Positions 9,501-18,037 of a DNA stretch of 64,000 nucleotides are shown here, piece by piece. The stretch is taken from positions 5,915-69,914 of the forward strand of contig CAYZXY010000001.1 in assembly GCA_964482555.1 (NCBI GenBank), read 5' to 3'. A program made the translations under genes and the position numbers. The first letter of the stretch is position 1. The number at the start of each line of letters is the position of its first letter. Below the pieces are notes generated by a model that saw only the letters and a program-made list of their open reading frames with translations, was not told the DNA's origin and ran no database searches. Source of the stretch: an uncultured Pirellulales bacterium (GTDB taxonomy: Bacteria > Planctomycetota > Phycisphaerae > Sedimentisphaerales > SM23-30).

Positions 9501-10200
9501 CCATGTTTTCTCTTTCCTCATTATTTTCCACGGGCTGGAAGCCCGTGTTACACTCCACCGCCTCCACCAGCGGATACTTCATGTACCAGAAATGACCTTG
9601 CACCGTCTCGTATTCCACTTCATCATCCGCCAGCACCGTCTGTGTCGCCGGATCCCAGTTCACCAGCCGCTTGCCCCGATAAATCAATCCATCCCGAAAC
9701 AGATTGAAAAAATTCGCCCGCACAGCCTTTGCGCACACTTCATCCATCGTGAACCGCACTCGCTCCCAGTCGCACGAACATCCCATTTTCTTAAGCTGCT
9801 CGATAATCTTTGCCTCATACTCATCCTTCCACGCCTGTACCCGTTCCACAAACTCATCCCGCTCGAAATCCGTTCGTCGCTTGCCTTCTTCCGCCAATAT
9901 CCGCTTCTCCACGACCGTCTGCGTCGCAATCCCCGCATGGTCCGTCCCCGGCATCCACAGCGTGTGATACCCCTGCATCCGCCGCCAGCGTATCAGAATA
10001 TCCTGCAATGTATTGTTCAGCGCATGACCCAGATGCAGCGCCGCCGTCACATTCGGCGGAGGGATAACAATGGTATAGGTCGGACCAGAATCCGCCCCAT
10101 CGGGAATGCCGGCATGGAAAGCATTCGCCCGGTTCCATATCTCATTGGCGTTTTCTTCGATCTCTTGCGGTGCGTATAACTTGGGCATCTCATCCAGCAT
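6559..10200 (-). CDS. valS: valine--tRNA ligase carrying an in-frame insertion of ~235 codons
   Basis: 1213-aa uninterrupted ORF. Class I motifs HLGHA (HIGH) and KMSKS, editing motif [11 protein letters not shown], and a C-terminal coiled coil. Residues ~217-450 are foreign (see the mobile_element feature). Confidence 0.95.
   Translation of the reverse strand: [1213 protein letters not shown]
8857..8874. repeat. REP-like hairpin (imperfect) at the 3' border of the embedded RayT gene
   Basis: The plus strand reads GCAGGCA-TCT-TGCCCCCC. The 14-mer GCAGGCATCTTGCC is identical to 61988-62001. The 12-mer GGCATCTTGCCC (8860-8871) repeats directly at 9491-9502. Confidence 0.6.
9487..9505. repeat. 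REP-like hairpin overlapping the internal ATG of the embedded RayT gene
   Basis: CACGGGCA-TCT-TGCCCATG. The same arms occur at 46032-46049 (CACGGGCA-AGC-TGCCCAT). Confidence 0.6.
9529..9547. repeat. perfect 8-bp hairpin at the 5' border of the insertion
   Basis: CACGGGCT-GGA-AGCCCGTG. It shares the CACGGGC arm with the 9487 and 46032 hairpins and lies inside the valS reading frame (NTGFQPVEN). Confidence 0.55.
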
Positions 10201-10242
10201 ATGCGGTATTACTTTCTTAAGTGTTTTGTTTACATGCGATTA

Positions 10243-10345
10243 TAATCGTCATGATTTAATGTACCCGTTTTGACCAAACGTAATTATTTGCGGATAAAAC
10301 ACTTACGATTGGCACTGACGGGCATCCACAGAAAACCTTAATTAT
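10243..10345 (+). repeat. diverged copy of the MITE-like element
   Basis: TAATCGTCATGATTTAATGTACCCGTTTTGACCAAACGTAATTATTTGCGGATAAAACACTTACG aligns with the consensus. The right third has diverged. The left end lies 42 nt upstream of the valS ATG. Confidence 0.6.
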
Positions 10346-10677
10346 AAGTGACTGATACCCCTTGTCAAGCAACCGCTTTCCCGTCCACCATGGGCAGTAT
10401 GCACATCCCGCCTTATCAGACGTCATGGTCCACTTACAGTTTTTTCTATGTCAGAACCCTTAACACTTGGCCCGGATAAACTGAAAATCCGAAATAGAAG
10501 ATGTTCTCTGGTGTTATGATGATTTACAGTGAAATGCTTTATGGACGTCATGCCTGATATGCGGAAACAACCCTCCGAGGCATCATTTTCGCCAGTACTC
10601 ATTTTTATTGATTTAGCATTTTTCTGTAAGCGTTTTGGCGTTCCGCAGGGTCTGTTAAGCCTTTTCCTGAAATGTTA

Positions 10678-10778
10678 TACTCGTTCCGATGGATAATTCC
10701 CGTTTTGCCCAAACGTAAATATATGCGGGAAAATCTTTAACGTCTGGCCCTGGCGGGAACTCTTATACCTTTTGGGTA
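10678..10778 (+). repeat. 101-bp MITE-like element, F orientation
   Basis: Full-length alignment to the consensus. TA at 10676-10677 and at 10779-10780. Confidence 0.8.
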
Positions 10779-10906
10779 TATCACAATAAAAAGTGCGAAC
10801 TCGCACACTCATAAGTGATTCAAAATAAAGAACGCCCTTTTCGAGAGCCACCATTGTCTCGATCAGGGCGCTATGTCTAGGCGATATATTTAAAAGCGTT
10901 ACTGCT

Positions 10907-11647
10907 TCAACGTTTTCTTCCGAAAAGAAAAATACTCGATCCCAGCAGGATCATGCTGAACGTCGCTGGTTCCGGAACGTAAATCTGATCGAATGTCTGC
11001 GAAATATTTTCCAGTTTGACCGTGCCGTCATCAGCGGCAAAAATAATATCTTTCTCCACCAGGATATTCTTTTCCGCCGTTTCTTCACCATTGACACTGA
11101 AAATCACAGAACTATTCAGATTCTCAGATAATGCACCATTAACCATACCTGCGAAAACACCAAAATCAGCGATCGGATCTAATTTGAAATTCGGCTCGCC
11201 ATCTATAATCGGATGGATGTTTTCCGAAATACCGATGGTACCGTTTTGCACATTGGCAAAACTGTACGCCACCAGACTCATGTTGGCGCCGGAGATAAAA
11301 TAATCGGGATATGCATTCAGAATTTTAACGGAAAAAGAAATCTGAGCGTCAAGCGTTGCGCCAGATACTGCCCAGTCATCGGGAAATTGAATATCAATGC
11401 CGGGAGCTGCTCCCGGAATCGGCACAATGATGAATTGCTCCAGATCGCTGGATAAGCTTTCGCTGCTTACCACAAAATCATAAAAGAGCTTGTCTTCGAT
11501 TTCAATCCCGCCGGCGTCATTGATCGCCGCCATGGTCATAGATTCTTCCAGCGACTCACTATCGGCAATGGATCCATATGCCGGAATTCCCTGTAACCCC
11601 CATATCAAAAAACCTGCAAACAAACAAGCAAATATAAACGTCTTCAT
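10907..11647 (-). CDS. PEP-CTERM sorting-domain secreted protein
   Basis: 246-aa ORF with a signal peptide. The C-terminus VPEPATFSMILLGSSIFLFGRKR is the PEP motif plus a TM helix plus a basic tail. Confidence 0.85.
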   Translation of the reverse strand: MKTFIFACLFAGFLIWGLQGIPAYGSIADSESLEESMTMAAINDAGGIEIEDKLFYDFVVSSESLSSDLEQFIIVPIPGAAPGIDIQFPDDWAVSGATLDAQISFSVKILNAYPDYFISGANMSLVAYSFANVQNGTIGISENIHPIIDGEPNFKLDPIADFGVFAGMVNGALSENLNSSVIFSVNGEETAEKNILVEKDIIFAADDGTVKLENISQTFDQIYVPEPATFSMILLGSSIFLFGRKR

Positions 11648-11713
11648 ATCTCTCTCCCAACTAATCAGGTTTATCTGCCCCTGTTAAAACTAAAACAAGG
11701 TTTTTAGTCTGGA

Positions 11714-12493
11714 TTACTGATGACGCTGTCGGCGTAAACCTAACACGCCGCCCAGTCCCAGCAACGCCAGACTAAACGGTTCGGGAATGACGAACTGATG
11801 AAAAGTCTGTCCTATGCCGCTCAGATGGGTAAAGCCGCCGTCACCGGAAAGCAGAATGTCCTTTTCGACATATATCGATTTCGTCAGCACCATCTCATCG
11901 TCAGCATAAAAGGAGGCTTCGTCGTAGGTGGATTGTGTCTTCTTACCGTCATCGACCCCGGCAAAAACGCCTAAAGTCGCAATAGGATCTTCCGAAAACG
12001 GGTTTCCTTCATCATCACTACGATGAATGTTTTCCGAAATGGCAATAGCCCCGTTTTCCACATTCGTGAAACTGTAGTTCTTCTGTTTCAGACTGGCGCC
12101 GACAATGAAGTTGTCCACGTATTCATCCAGCACCGTAACATTGAAAGAAATCTGTGCATCTTCATCACCTTCACCCAGAATAAACCATGGCATCAGGAAC
12201 TGGATGCCATGACTGCCGTCGATGCTGAAATCCGTAACGCTGACATTATCGGACAATCCTGTTGCCAGGACGACAAAATCCGTATAGATTTTATCACCGA
12301 CAATCAGACCTCCATTGGCATTAATCTCCTCAATCGAATAGACATCGTCTTGAGAAGATGGACCTGCCGACAACGCACCGCCTGCCTGACCAACAGCCAT
12401 GCACAACACGATCAATAAACTGCTTACTTCCCTGAGATTCTTCATAATGACTCTCTCTCCCATTCTAAATATTAAAAAACTAACCCTGGACAC
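11714..12493 (-). CDS. PEP-CTERM sorting-domain secreted protein, tandem paralogue of 10907-11647
   Basis: 259-aa ORF. The C-terminus is IPEPFSLALLGLGGVLGLRRQRHQ. Internal motifs are shared with its neighbour (DAQISFxV, ISENIH, VFAG). Confidence 0.85.
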   Translation of the reverse strand: MSRVSFLIFRMGERVIMKNLREVSSLLIVLCMAVGQAGGALSAGPSSQDDVYSIEEINANGGLIVGDKIYTDFVVLATGLSDNVSVTDFSIDGSHGIQFLMPWFILGEGDEDAQISFNVTVLDEYVDNFIVGASLKQKNYSFTNVENGAIAISENIHRSDDEGNPFSEDPIATLGVFAGVDDGKKTQSTYDEASFYADDEMVLTKSIYVEKDILLSGDGGFTHLSGIGQTFHQFVIPEPFSLALLGLGGVLGLRRQRHQ

Positions 12494-12544
12494 TCGTTTC
12501 TAATTGAGATCGAATAAAAAAATTAATCTCTTTCTTCCTGAAGC

Positions 12545-13549
12545 TTATGCTTGACGCCCCCGGCGACGCAGTCCCAGCAACCCGCTTCCCATCAGGATAA
12601 GAAGCGATGCCGGTTCCGGTATAGCCGCCTGAGAATGCATCACGGGTACGACCGGATCGGAACTATACGGATTAACCAGAATCTCAGCCCCCTGATCGGC
12701 TCCAAGAATGTTTACTTCACTGGCATATTCGATATTAATAGTTTCTTCCAATCCTGGAATGGTTTTAAATTTATATTTGAAATCGATATCTTTAAAATCA
12801 ATAAAAAATTGATTACCCCCCAGCATAATATTTTTGAAATCCCTTTTGGAAATGGCCTTAACGGTTTCTCCGTCAACCTCGATCGTTTCATTCTCATTAC
12901 CGATGGACTTAATTGACTGCTTGCTGATACCTTTAGTTTTTACCTTAACCAGCCCTTTCTTGTTAGCGGCCAGAAAGATCAACCCGCGGGCAAGCTTCTT
13001 TTCAATAGTCTTGGATTTGGTTCCGGCTTTATTCGTTTTCTCGAATTCCCGGTTGACTACGATATCCAGCATGGCGGTTACGCCCTGCAGATTACCGCCG
13101 GCCAGAGCAAAGGTCGTATCGAGATCGATGCCGTTCTGTACCAGGATTCTCTTATTACCGGTGCTGTTTTCGTCAAAATAAAGCGTCTTTCGTGTACCGG
13201 TAACATTGTGGGTTTCATATTGATTATCAATTCCCGGCAAGTTAAAAGCAAAGACGTGCTGAGTAACTTTGGAATCGGTTGATGATGAACCGCTGTGAGC
13301 GATGGATTTGTTAAGATAGACATCCTCAATATATTTGTAAGATGTATCTTCGGGTTTGGTGGAAGGAAGCGGTTGATTCAGGGACGTCATATTCCGTTCG
13401 ATGAAGTTGTTAGAAGGGCTCCACGGAACCGGATTGACGTTAATCACCTGAGCCTGCAAACTCACCGTCAGCAGCATGGACAATGCGGCAACGCTGATCG
13501 CTAACTTAGTACTACCTCTTTTCGATGTAAACATATCTCTCTCTCCCAA
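12545..13549 (-). CDS. PEP-CTERM sorting-domain secreted protein
   Basis: 334-aa ORF with a signal peptide. The C-terminus is IPEPASLLILMGSGLLGLRRRGRQA. Confidence 0.85.
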   Translation of the reverse strand: MGERDMFTSKRGSTKLAISVAALSMLLTVSLQAQVINVNPVPWSPSNNFIERNMTSLNQPLPSTKPEDTSYKYIEDVYLNKSIAHSGSSSTDSKVTQHVFAFNLPGIDNQYETHNVTGTRKTLYFDENSTGNKRILVQNGIDLDTTFALAGGNLQGVTAMLDIVVNREFEKTNKAGTKSKTIEKKLARGLIFLAANKKGLVKVKTKGISKQSIKSIGNENETIEVDGETVKAISKRDFKNIMLGGNQFFIDFKDIDFKYKFKTIPGLEETINIEYASEVNILGADQGAEILVNPYSSDPVVPVMHSQAAIPEPASLLILMGSGLLGLRRRGRQA

Positions 13550-14341
13550 ATTGAAACAAATACACTACCTGCAGCATGGACAATGCACACATGCGCATAC
13601 ATTCCATCTGCCTTTATTAGATGTGTTTACAAAGAGGCTTACCGATTTGAAAAACGACAGATTCAACAACCCTCTCTCCAGTGGTTGCCAATTCTTTCTT
13701 TCGTCGGTTTTCAATCTTGGGAGGTCTCTCTCTCTCCCTCCCAGGCTTGCTCTCAAGGCAAACACGGTCACGCTTACCACCAGCATTTATGTATGCACAC
13801 AAATACTCTCTACTGCGTAAATATAAGCTTCCGTGCTAAGTCGGGATTGGGTGTTGACAAAATAAATTCCTTTTTGGAATCTAATTCACAGGAGGGTAGC
13901 TCACTCTCTCTGCCCTCTGCACCCTAAATACTTCCATGCTAAATCTATGCTCTCTCAATAAATCGGTTTTAAAATTTCTATACCGATTACTCTTAAGAAT
14001 TATAGCAAATTATATTCCCTGTTCAAGAAAAAAAATATAAAGTATAAATCTATTTATAAGTTACTGTAAAATAACAATTTACAAAACCTCCTCAGCAGCG
14101 GTTTTTTTTGAAACGGCCAAAAAATTCTGCCGGGTGTTATAAAAACCAACGCATCAAAACGCTAATATTTTGTAAGAGATTGTTATATATGCAGTTATGT
14201 GTTGTTTCGCAAAAGCATCGTTTGTGGCGAATTTGATTCATTTTTAAGACGTAAAATGTCATTTTTATGATATTATACCCCCTGAAATGACTAATAATAT
14301 ATAAGAAATGGTTAGAATTTAAACAGGAATTTAAAGCAATA

Positions 14342-15193
14342 ATGGCATCAAGTTTAAATTTCCAGTTCAAAGCCGGTGGAAAAACTGGTATTCCCAGACA
14401 GATAGATCTGGGCGGCCAGACCTATCAAAGAGAAAAAGTCTTTAAACATGACTTTTTTGCCGGAACTGCCCTATATATAAAGGATAGTGATGCGAAGGGT
14501 GGGCCCGATAAAATTATCCTCAAACTTGGGCGTACAGGGGATTTTCTGGGCGTTCCTCTGTCCTGGGCCGGCAGAATGCTGATAGAACATGAATACAACC
14601 TGTTAATGATGTTGCAGGGAATAAAAAATGTGCCGCAACTGATTGGAAAATATGGCCGGTCCGGTTTTGTCTATGAATATATTCAAGGTTGTTCGCTGGA
14701 CGAAAAGCCGGATTTATCGGACGAGTTTTTTTTCAGGCTGAACGAGATAGTAAGTGCCATTCATCAAAAAAACATTGCTTATATCGATTTGAACAAAAGA
14801 GGTAATATCTTACTGGGCATGGACGGACAGCCCTATCTGATAGATTTCCAAGTTTCACAATATATCGAATGGCCAAAACCTTTTGCCGGATTTGGGCGTT
14901 TTATACTTAAATGTTTACAAGAAGAGGACAGTTATCATATTAATAAGCACAAACGTCACCTGGCCCGCCATCTCATGAGCGATGCGGAAATTACTGCATC
15001 CCGTCAGAAATCCAGCTTAGTCAAGCTGCATCGGTTCCTCTTTAGACCACTGATTGTTGGGCGCCGCTGTATTTTGGCCTACCTCTTTCAGCAGGGGCAT
15101 TTGCGAACGGATGACGTGGAGCATGAAGTGCCGGAAAATGATCCGGGCAGGTGGATCAAAAAGAGAAAGAGACACATAAAAAAAACAGGATGA
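14342..15193 (+). CDS. protein-kinase-like fold protein (Kdo/WaaP/RIO-like phosphotransferase)
   Basis: 283-aa ORF. ILKLGR (the VAIK-lysine-like position), YIDLNKRGNILL (catalytic-loop DxxxxN) and LIDFQVS (DFG-like) suggest a kinase-like fold. The substrate is unknown. Confidence 0.5.
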   Translation: MASSLNFQFKAGGKTGIPRQIDLGGQTYQREKVFKHDFFAGTALYIKDSDAKGGPDKIILKLGRTGDFLGVPLSWAGRMLIEHEYNLLMMLQGIKNVPQLIGKYGRSGFVYEYIQGCSLDEKPDLSDEFFFRLNEIVSAIHQKNIAYIDLNKRGNILLGMDGQPYLIDFQVSQYIEWPKPFAGFGRFILKCLQEEDSYHINKHKRHLARHLMSDAEITASRQKSSLVKLHRFLFRPLIVGRRCILAYLFQQGHLRTDDVEHEVPENDPGRWIKKRKRHIKKTG

Positions 15194-15245
15194 GCTTTCA
15201 GTCGCCCATCCTGTTTAACGTGCTTAAATTGAATCCAATATGATG

Positions 15246-16763
15246 TTACAGCCCCTTGGCGAGCATGTAATACATTTCGTTCCAGCGAAGCTGGTTTTTA
15301 AAGTCGCGAATATTGGTGTTTTCGTCGATCACGACGCATTCAATGTCGGCGATGCTGGCGTAATCTTCCAGGCATTCTGTCGTGATGGCCTGCGTAAAGC
15401 TGGTATGATGAGCGCCGCCAGCATGAATCCAGGCAGCCGCGCCGATCTTCAGATCTGGCTTGGGCACCCAGACGACACGTGCGACCGGCAGTTTGGGGAA
15501 GGCCGCTTCGGGGGCCAGGGCATCTACTTCATTAATGATCAGGCGGAAACGGTTGCCCATGTCCACCAGTGACGCGTTAAGCCCGGGGCCGGAGGTCGTA
15601 TTAAAGACCAGGCGAACCGGATCTTCTTTGCCGCCGATACCCAGCGGGTGCACTTCCAGCGAGGGCGAGTTTTCCGCGATCGTCGGGCAGACTTCCAACA
15701 TGTGGGCGCCGAGTACTCTCATCCCTGACGGATCGAGGTGATAGGTATAGTCTTCCATGAACGAGGTACCGCCCTTGAGACCCTGCGACATGACTTTCAT
15801 TGAGCGAACCAGGGCCGCGGTTTTCCAGTCGCCCTCAGCACCGAAGCCGTAACCATCCGCCATCAGTCTCTGTACCGCCATCCCCGGCAACTGGGCCAGA
15901 CCATGGAGATCTTCGAACGTGGTGGTAAAGCCCTGGAAGCCGCCATTTTCCAGAAAAGCTCGCATTCCGAGTTCAATACGGGCAGACTCTTTCAGGGAAA
16001 CGCGATGCGATCCCCCTTCTTTGACGTTATCTGCCAGAGAGTAAATACCTTCATATTCTTTGACCAGCTTATCGACATTGGCATCAGCAATACTGTTAAC
16101 GCATTCTACCAGATCGCCGACGCCGTACCCGTCAACCGAGTATCCCAGTTTCATCTGAGCTTCGACCTTGTCGCCTTCGGTAACGGCTACATTACGCATG
16201 TTGTCGCCGAAACGGGCGATTCTGCCCCCCTGGGCGTCATGCCAGGCGGCCGCGGCTCTTGACCAGGTTCCCAGCTGGTTCTGGACGTCATCCTCCTGCC
16301 AGTGGCCGACAACGACTTTACGGTCGCGCCGCATACGGGTCAGCATGAATCCATATTCTCGTCCGCCGTGGGCCGACTGGTTCAGGTTCATGAAGTCCAT
16401 ATCGATGGATTCGTAAGGGAGATCGCGGTTGTATTGCGTATGCAGGTGCACGATCGGTTTTTGCAGGCATTTCAGACCGGCAATCCACATCTTGGCCGGC
16501 GAGAAGGTATGCATCCAGGTAATCAGCCCGATGCAGTTGGGAGCCGTGTTGGCTTCCATACAAAGTTTCGTAATGGCATCCGGCGTCGTCAGGACCGGCT
16601 TGAAAACGATTTTAACCGGGATATTTGCCGAATTTGAGAGGGCATCGGCGATTTCCTGTGAATGTTTGGCAACCTGCTTGAGGGTTTCTTCGCCATACAA
16701 GTGCTGGCTGCCGGTGACAAACCAGGCTTCGAGCTGTTTCAGATCGGGCATCATAGTAGTCAT
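15246..16763 (-). CDS. araA: L-arabinose isomerase
   Basis: 505-aa ORF. The N-terminus [21 protein letters not shown] and its overall length are typical of AraA. Confidence 0.9.
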   Translation of the reverse strand: MTTMMPDLKQLEAWFVTGSQHLYGEETLKQVAKHSQEIADALSNSANIPVKIVFKPVLTTPDAITKLCMEANTAPNCIGLITWMHTFSPAKMWIAGLKCLQKPIVHLHTQYNRDLPYESIDMDFMNLNQSAHGGREYGFMLTRMRRDRKVVVGHWQEDDVQNQLGTWSRAAAAWHDAQGGRIARFGDNMRNVAVTEGDKVEAQMKLGYSVDGYGVGDLVECVNSIADANVDKLVKEYEGIYSLADNVKEGGSHRVSLKESARIELGMRAFLENGGFQGFTTTFEDLHGLAQLPGMAVQRLMADGYGFGAEGDWKTAALVRSMKVMSQGLKGGTSFMEDYTYHLDPSGMRVLGAHMLEVCPTIAENSPSLEVHPLGIGGKEDPVRLVFNTTSGPGLNASLVDMGNRFRLIINEVDALAPEAAFPKLPVARVVWVPKPDLKIGAAAWIHAGGAHHTSFTQAITTECLEDYASIADIECVVIDENTNIRDFKNQLRWNEMYYMLAKGL

Positions 16764-16940
16764 CTCCTTATTCCGTAGTTCTTTAAACGGTTTACCTGTA
16801 TAAACTCAAACCCTGTCGGTTCGGGCAATCCCGATAAAAGTCGGGACGAGCTATAAATAATTATAGGAAGCTACCATGTTCACCGCTGAAAGTCAAAAGA
16901 TTCGTGCGGAATTCAGTTAATTTGTGATGAATTATGGTCG

Positions 16941-17954
16941 ATGTTGGACAGGAGAAGCTGGAGAGAAAGCATTGCGGTAAATATTACCGGAACAAATACT
17001 TCGACAGGATATCTCATGGAAAAATGCGTAACCCGACTGCTGACCGAACATTTCTATAAGACCTTGTTGGACAGTATTTTCGATGCCGTCTATGTCGTCG
17101 ATAATCTGGGCCGGGTGATGTACTGGAATGACTGCTGTGCCCGAATCACCGGCTACATGCCAGAAGAAATGGTGGGCAAGCATTATACAGAAACTCCATT
17201 TGTGGGTATGGAGAAAGCGGAAAATGTCAATTGCAGTCAGCACGGCGGAATTGCGATTGCACTGGATGCCGGGATGCCGGGAACATGGAAAGGAAATGTG
17301 CAGCGTAAAAACGGCCAGTTGCTGCCAATCGAGTCGCATGTTTCCGAAATTCGGGATGAGAAAGGGAATATCGTCGGGGCGGTTGAGGTTTTTCGCGACA
17401 TTTCGGCATACGTGTCGCTCGAGCAAGCACACCGTGAACTCTTGCAGCTATCGCGCAAGGACCAGCTGACCAGTATGAATAATCGGGCGGCTATTACCGA
17501 TTTTCTTAAAGCAGAGATTGAACGGGCGCATCGCTATCGAACGCCTTTGTCAGTAGTTATGGTGGATATCGATCATTTCAAGCGGATCAATGACCGGTAT
17601 GGCCACGAGGCCGGTGACAAGGTTCTGGCTAAGATAGGTAGTATTTTGCAATATAATATTCGTAAGCCCGATATGGTCGGCCGGTGGGGCGGCGAGGAAT
17701 TTTTGATTATCACTCCCAACAGCACCGCAACGAACGCCGGCAAGCTGGCCGAACGTATCCGATTGTTAATAAAGGAGATACCGGATGGCGACCTGCCCGA
17801 GACCATTACAGCGAGCTTCGGAGTGGCAGAATTTTCCCATGAAGCCGGTATGGATAAAATGCTGTATCATGCGGATATGGCGATGTACAACGCCAAAGAG
17901 GGCGGCCGCGATCGGGTGGAAATCGCCGGTGTGCATAAAGCCGAAAAAAATTGA
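16941..17954 (+). CDS. PAS-domain diguanylate cyclase (GGDEF)
   Basis: 337-aa ORF. PAS region (DAVYVVDNLGRVMYWNDCCARITGY), GGDEF domain with an intact GGEEF motif and RxxD-like context. An alternative start at ATG 17016 (MEKCV) is possible. Confidence 0.85.
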   Translation: MLDRRSWRESIAVNITGTNTSTGYLMEKCVTRLLTEHFYKTLLDSIFDAVYVVDNLGRVMYWNDCCARITGYMPEEMVGKHYTETPFVGMEKAENVNCSQHGGIAIALDAGMPGTWKGNVQRKNGQLLPIESHVSEIRDEKGNIVGAVEVFRDISAYVSLEQAHRELLQLSRKDQLTSMNNRAAITDFLKAEIERAHRYRTPLSVVMVDIDHFKRINDRYGHEAGDKVLAKIGSILQYNIRKPDMVGRWGGEEFLIITPNSTATNAGKLAERIRLLIKEIPDGDLPETITASFGVAEFSHEAGMDKMLYHADMAMYNAKEGGRDRVEIAGVHKAEKN

Positions 17955-18037
17955 GAGCTTCTAAGTGCCTGCTATACGAGCTCCGTTGAAGTCCCCCTGT
18001 TTTCTCCAATCATTTTTTATATATGGGTGTATGCCTA

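Larger units (their letters stand above)
8851..9552 (-). mobile_element. RayT / IS200-like Y1 (HUH) transposase gene embedded in frame in valS, lacking a stop codon
   Basis: valS aa 233-~440 read [34 protein letters not shown]...[14 protein letters not shown]...[13 protein letters not shown]...[19 protein letters not shown]. This shows the N-terminal RxxxLPHW/YFVTFRL pattern, an HUH motif (HVH) and the C-terminal YxxxNPxKAGL motif of REP-associated tyrosine transposases. An SD-like GAGGAAAGAG sits 6 nt before the internal ATG (complement 9502-9504). The block is visibly AT-richer than flanking valS and is bracketed by hairpins. Confidence 0.75.

Noticed and set aside
8851-9552. Could the valS insertion be an intein?
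   Set aside because: The inserted residues match the HUH/Y1 transposase pattern. There are no intein splicing motifs: no Cys/Ser at the N-junction, no terminal His-Asn followed by Cys/Ser/Thr, and no LAGLIDADG or HNH blocks.
7984-10179. Long plus-strand ORFs (298 aa, 244 aa and others) opposite valS
   Set aside because: They are antisense to a strongly conserved gene. Their Arg/Pro/His-rich, low-complexity composition is typical of the reverse frames of GC-rich coding DNA, and they carry no recognisable motifs.
13471-13586. 16-nt direct repeat GCAGCATGGACAATGC at 13471-13486 and 13571-13586, exactly 100 nt apart
   Set aside because: It is real in the sequence. However, it is a single pair, with one copy inside the signal-peptide coding region and one in the leader. 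No further structure or third copy was seen, so I can support no functional reading.
13476-13927. Several 60-114-aa ORFs in the 790-bp gap upstream of the PEP-CTERM gene
   Set aside because: They overlap one another on both strands in an AT-rich, CT-tract-containing region, with no motifs or SD-like sequences. They are probably spurious.
16829-16846. Hairpin TCCCGA-TAAAAG-TCGGGA upstream of araA, superficially like a CRISPR repeat
   Set aside because: It is a single copy with no spacer-repeat periodicity anywhere in the window. It is not a CRISPR array.
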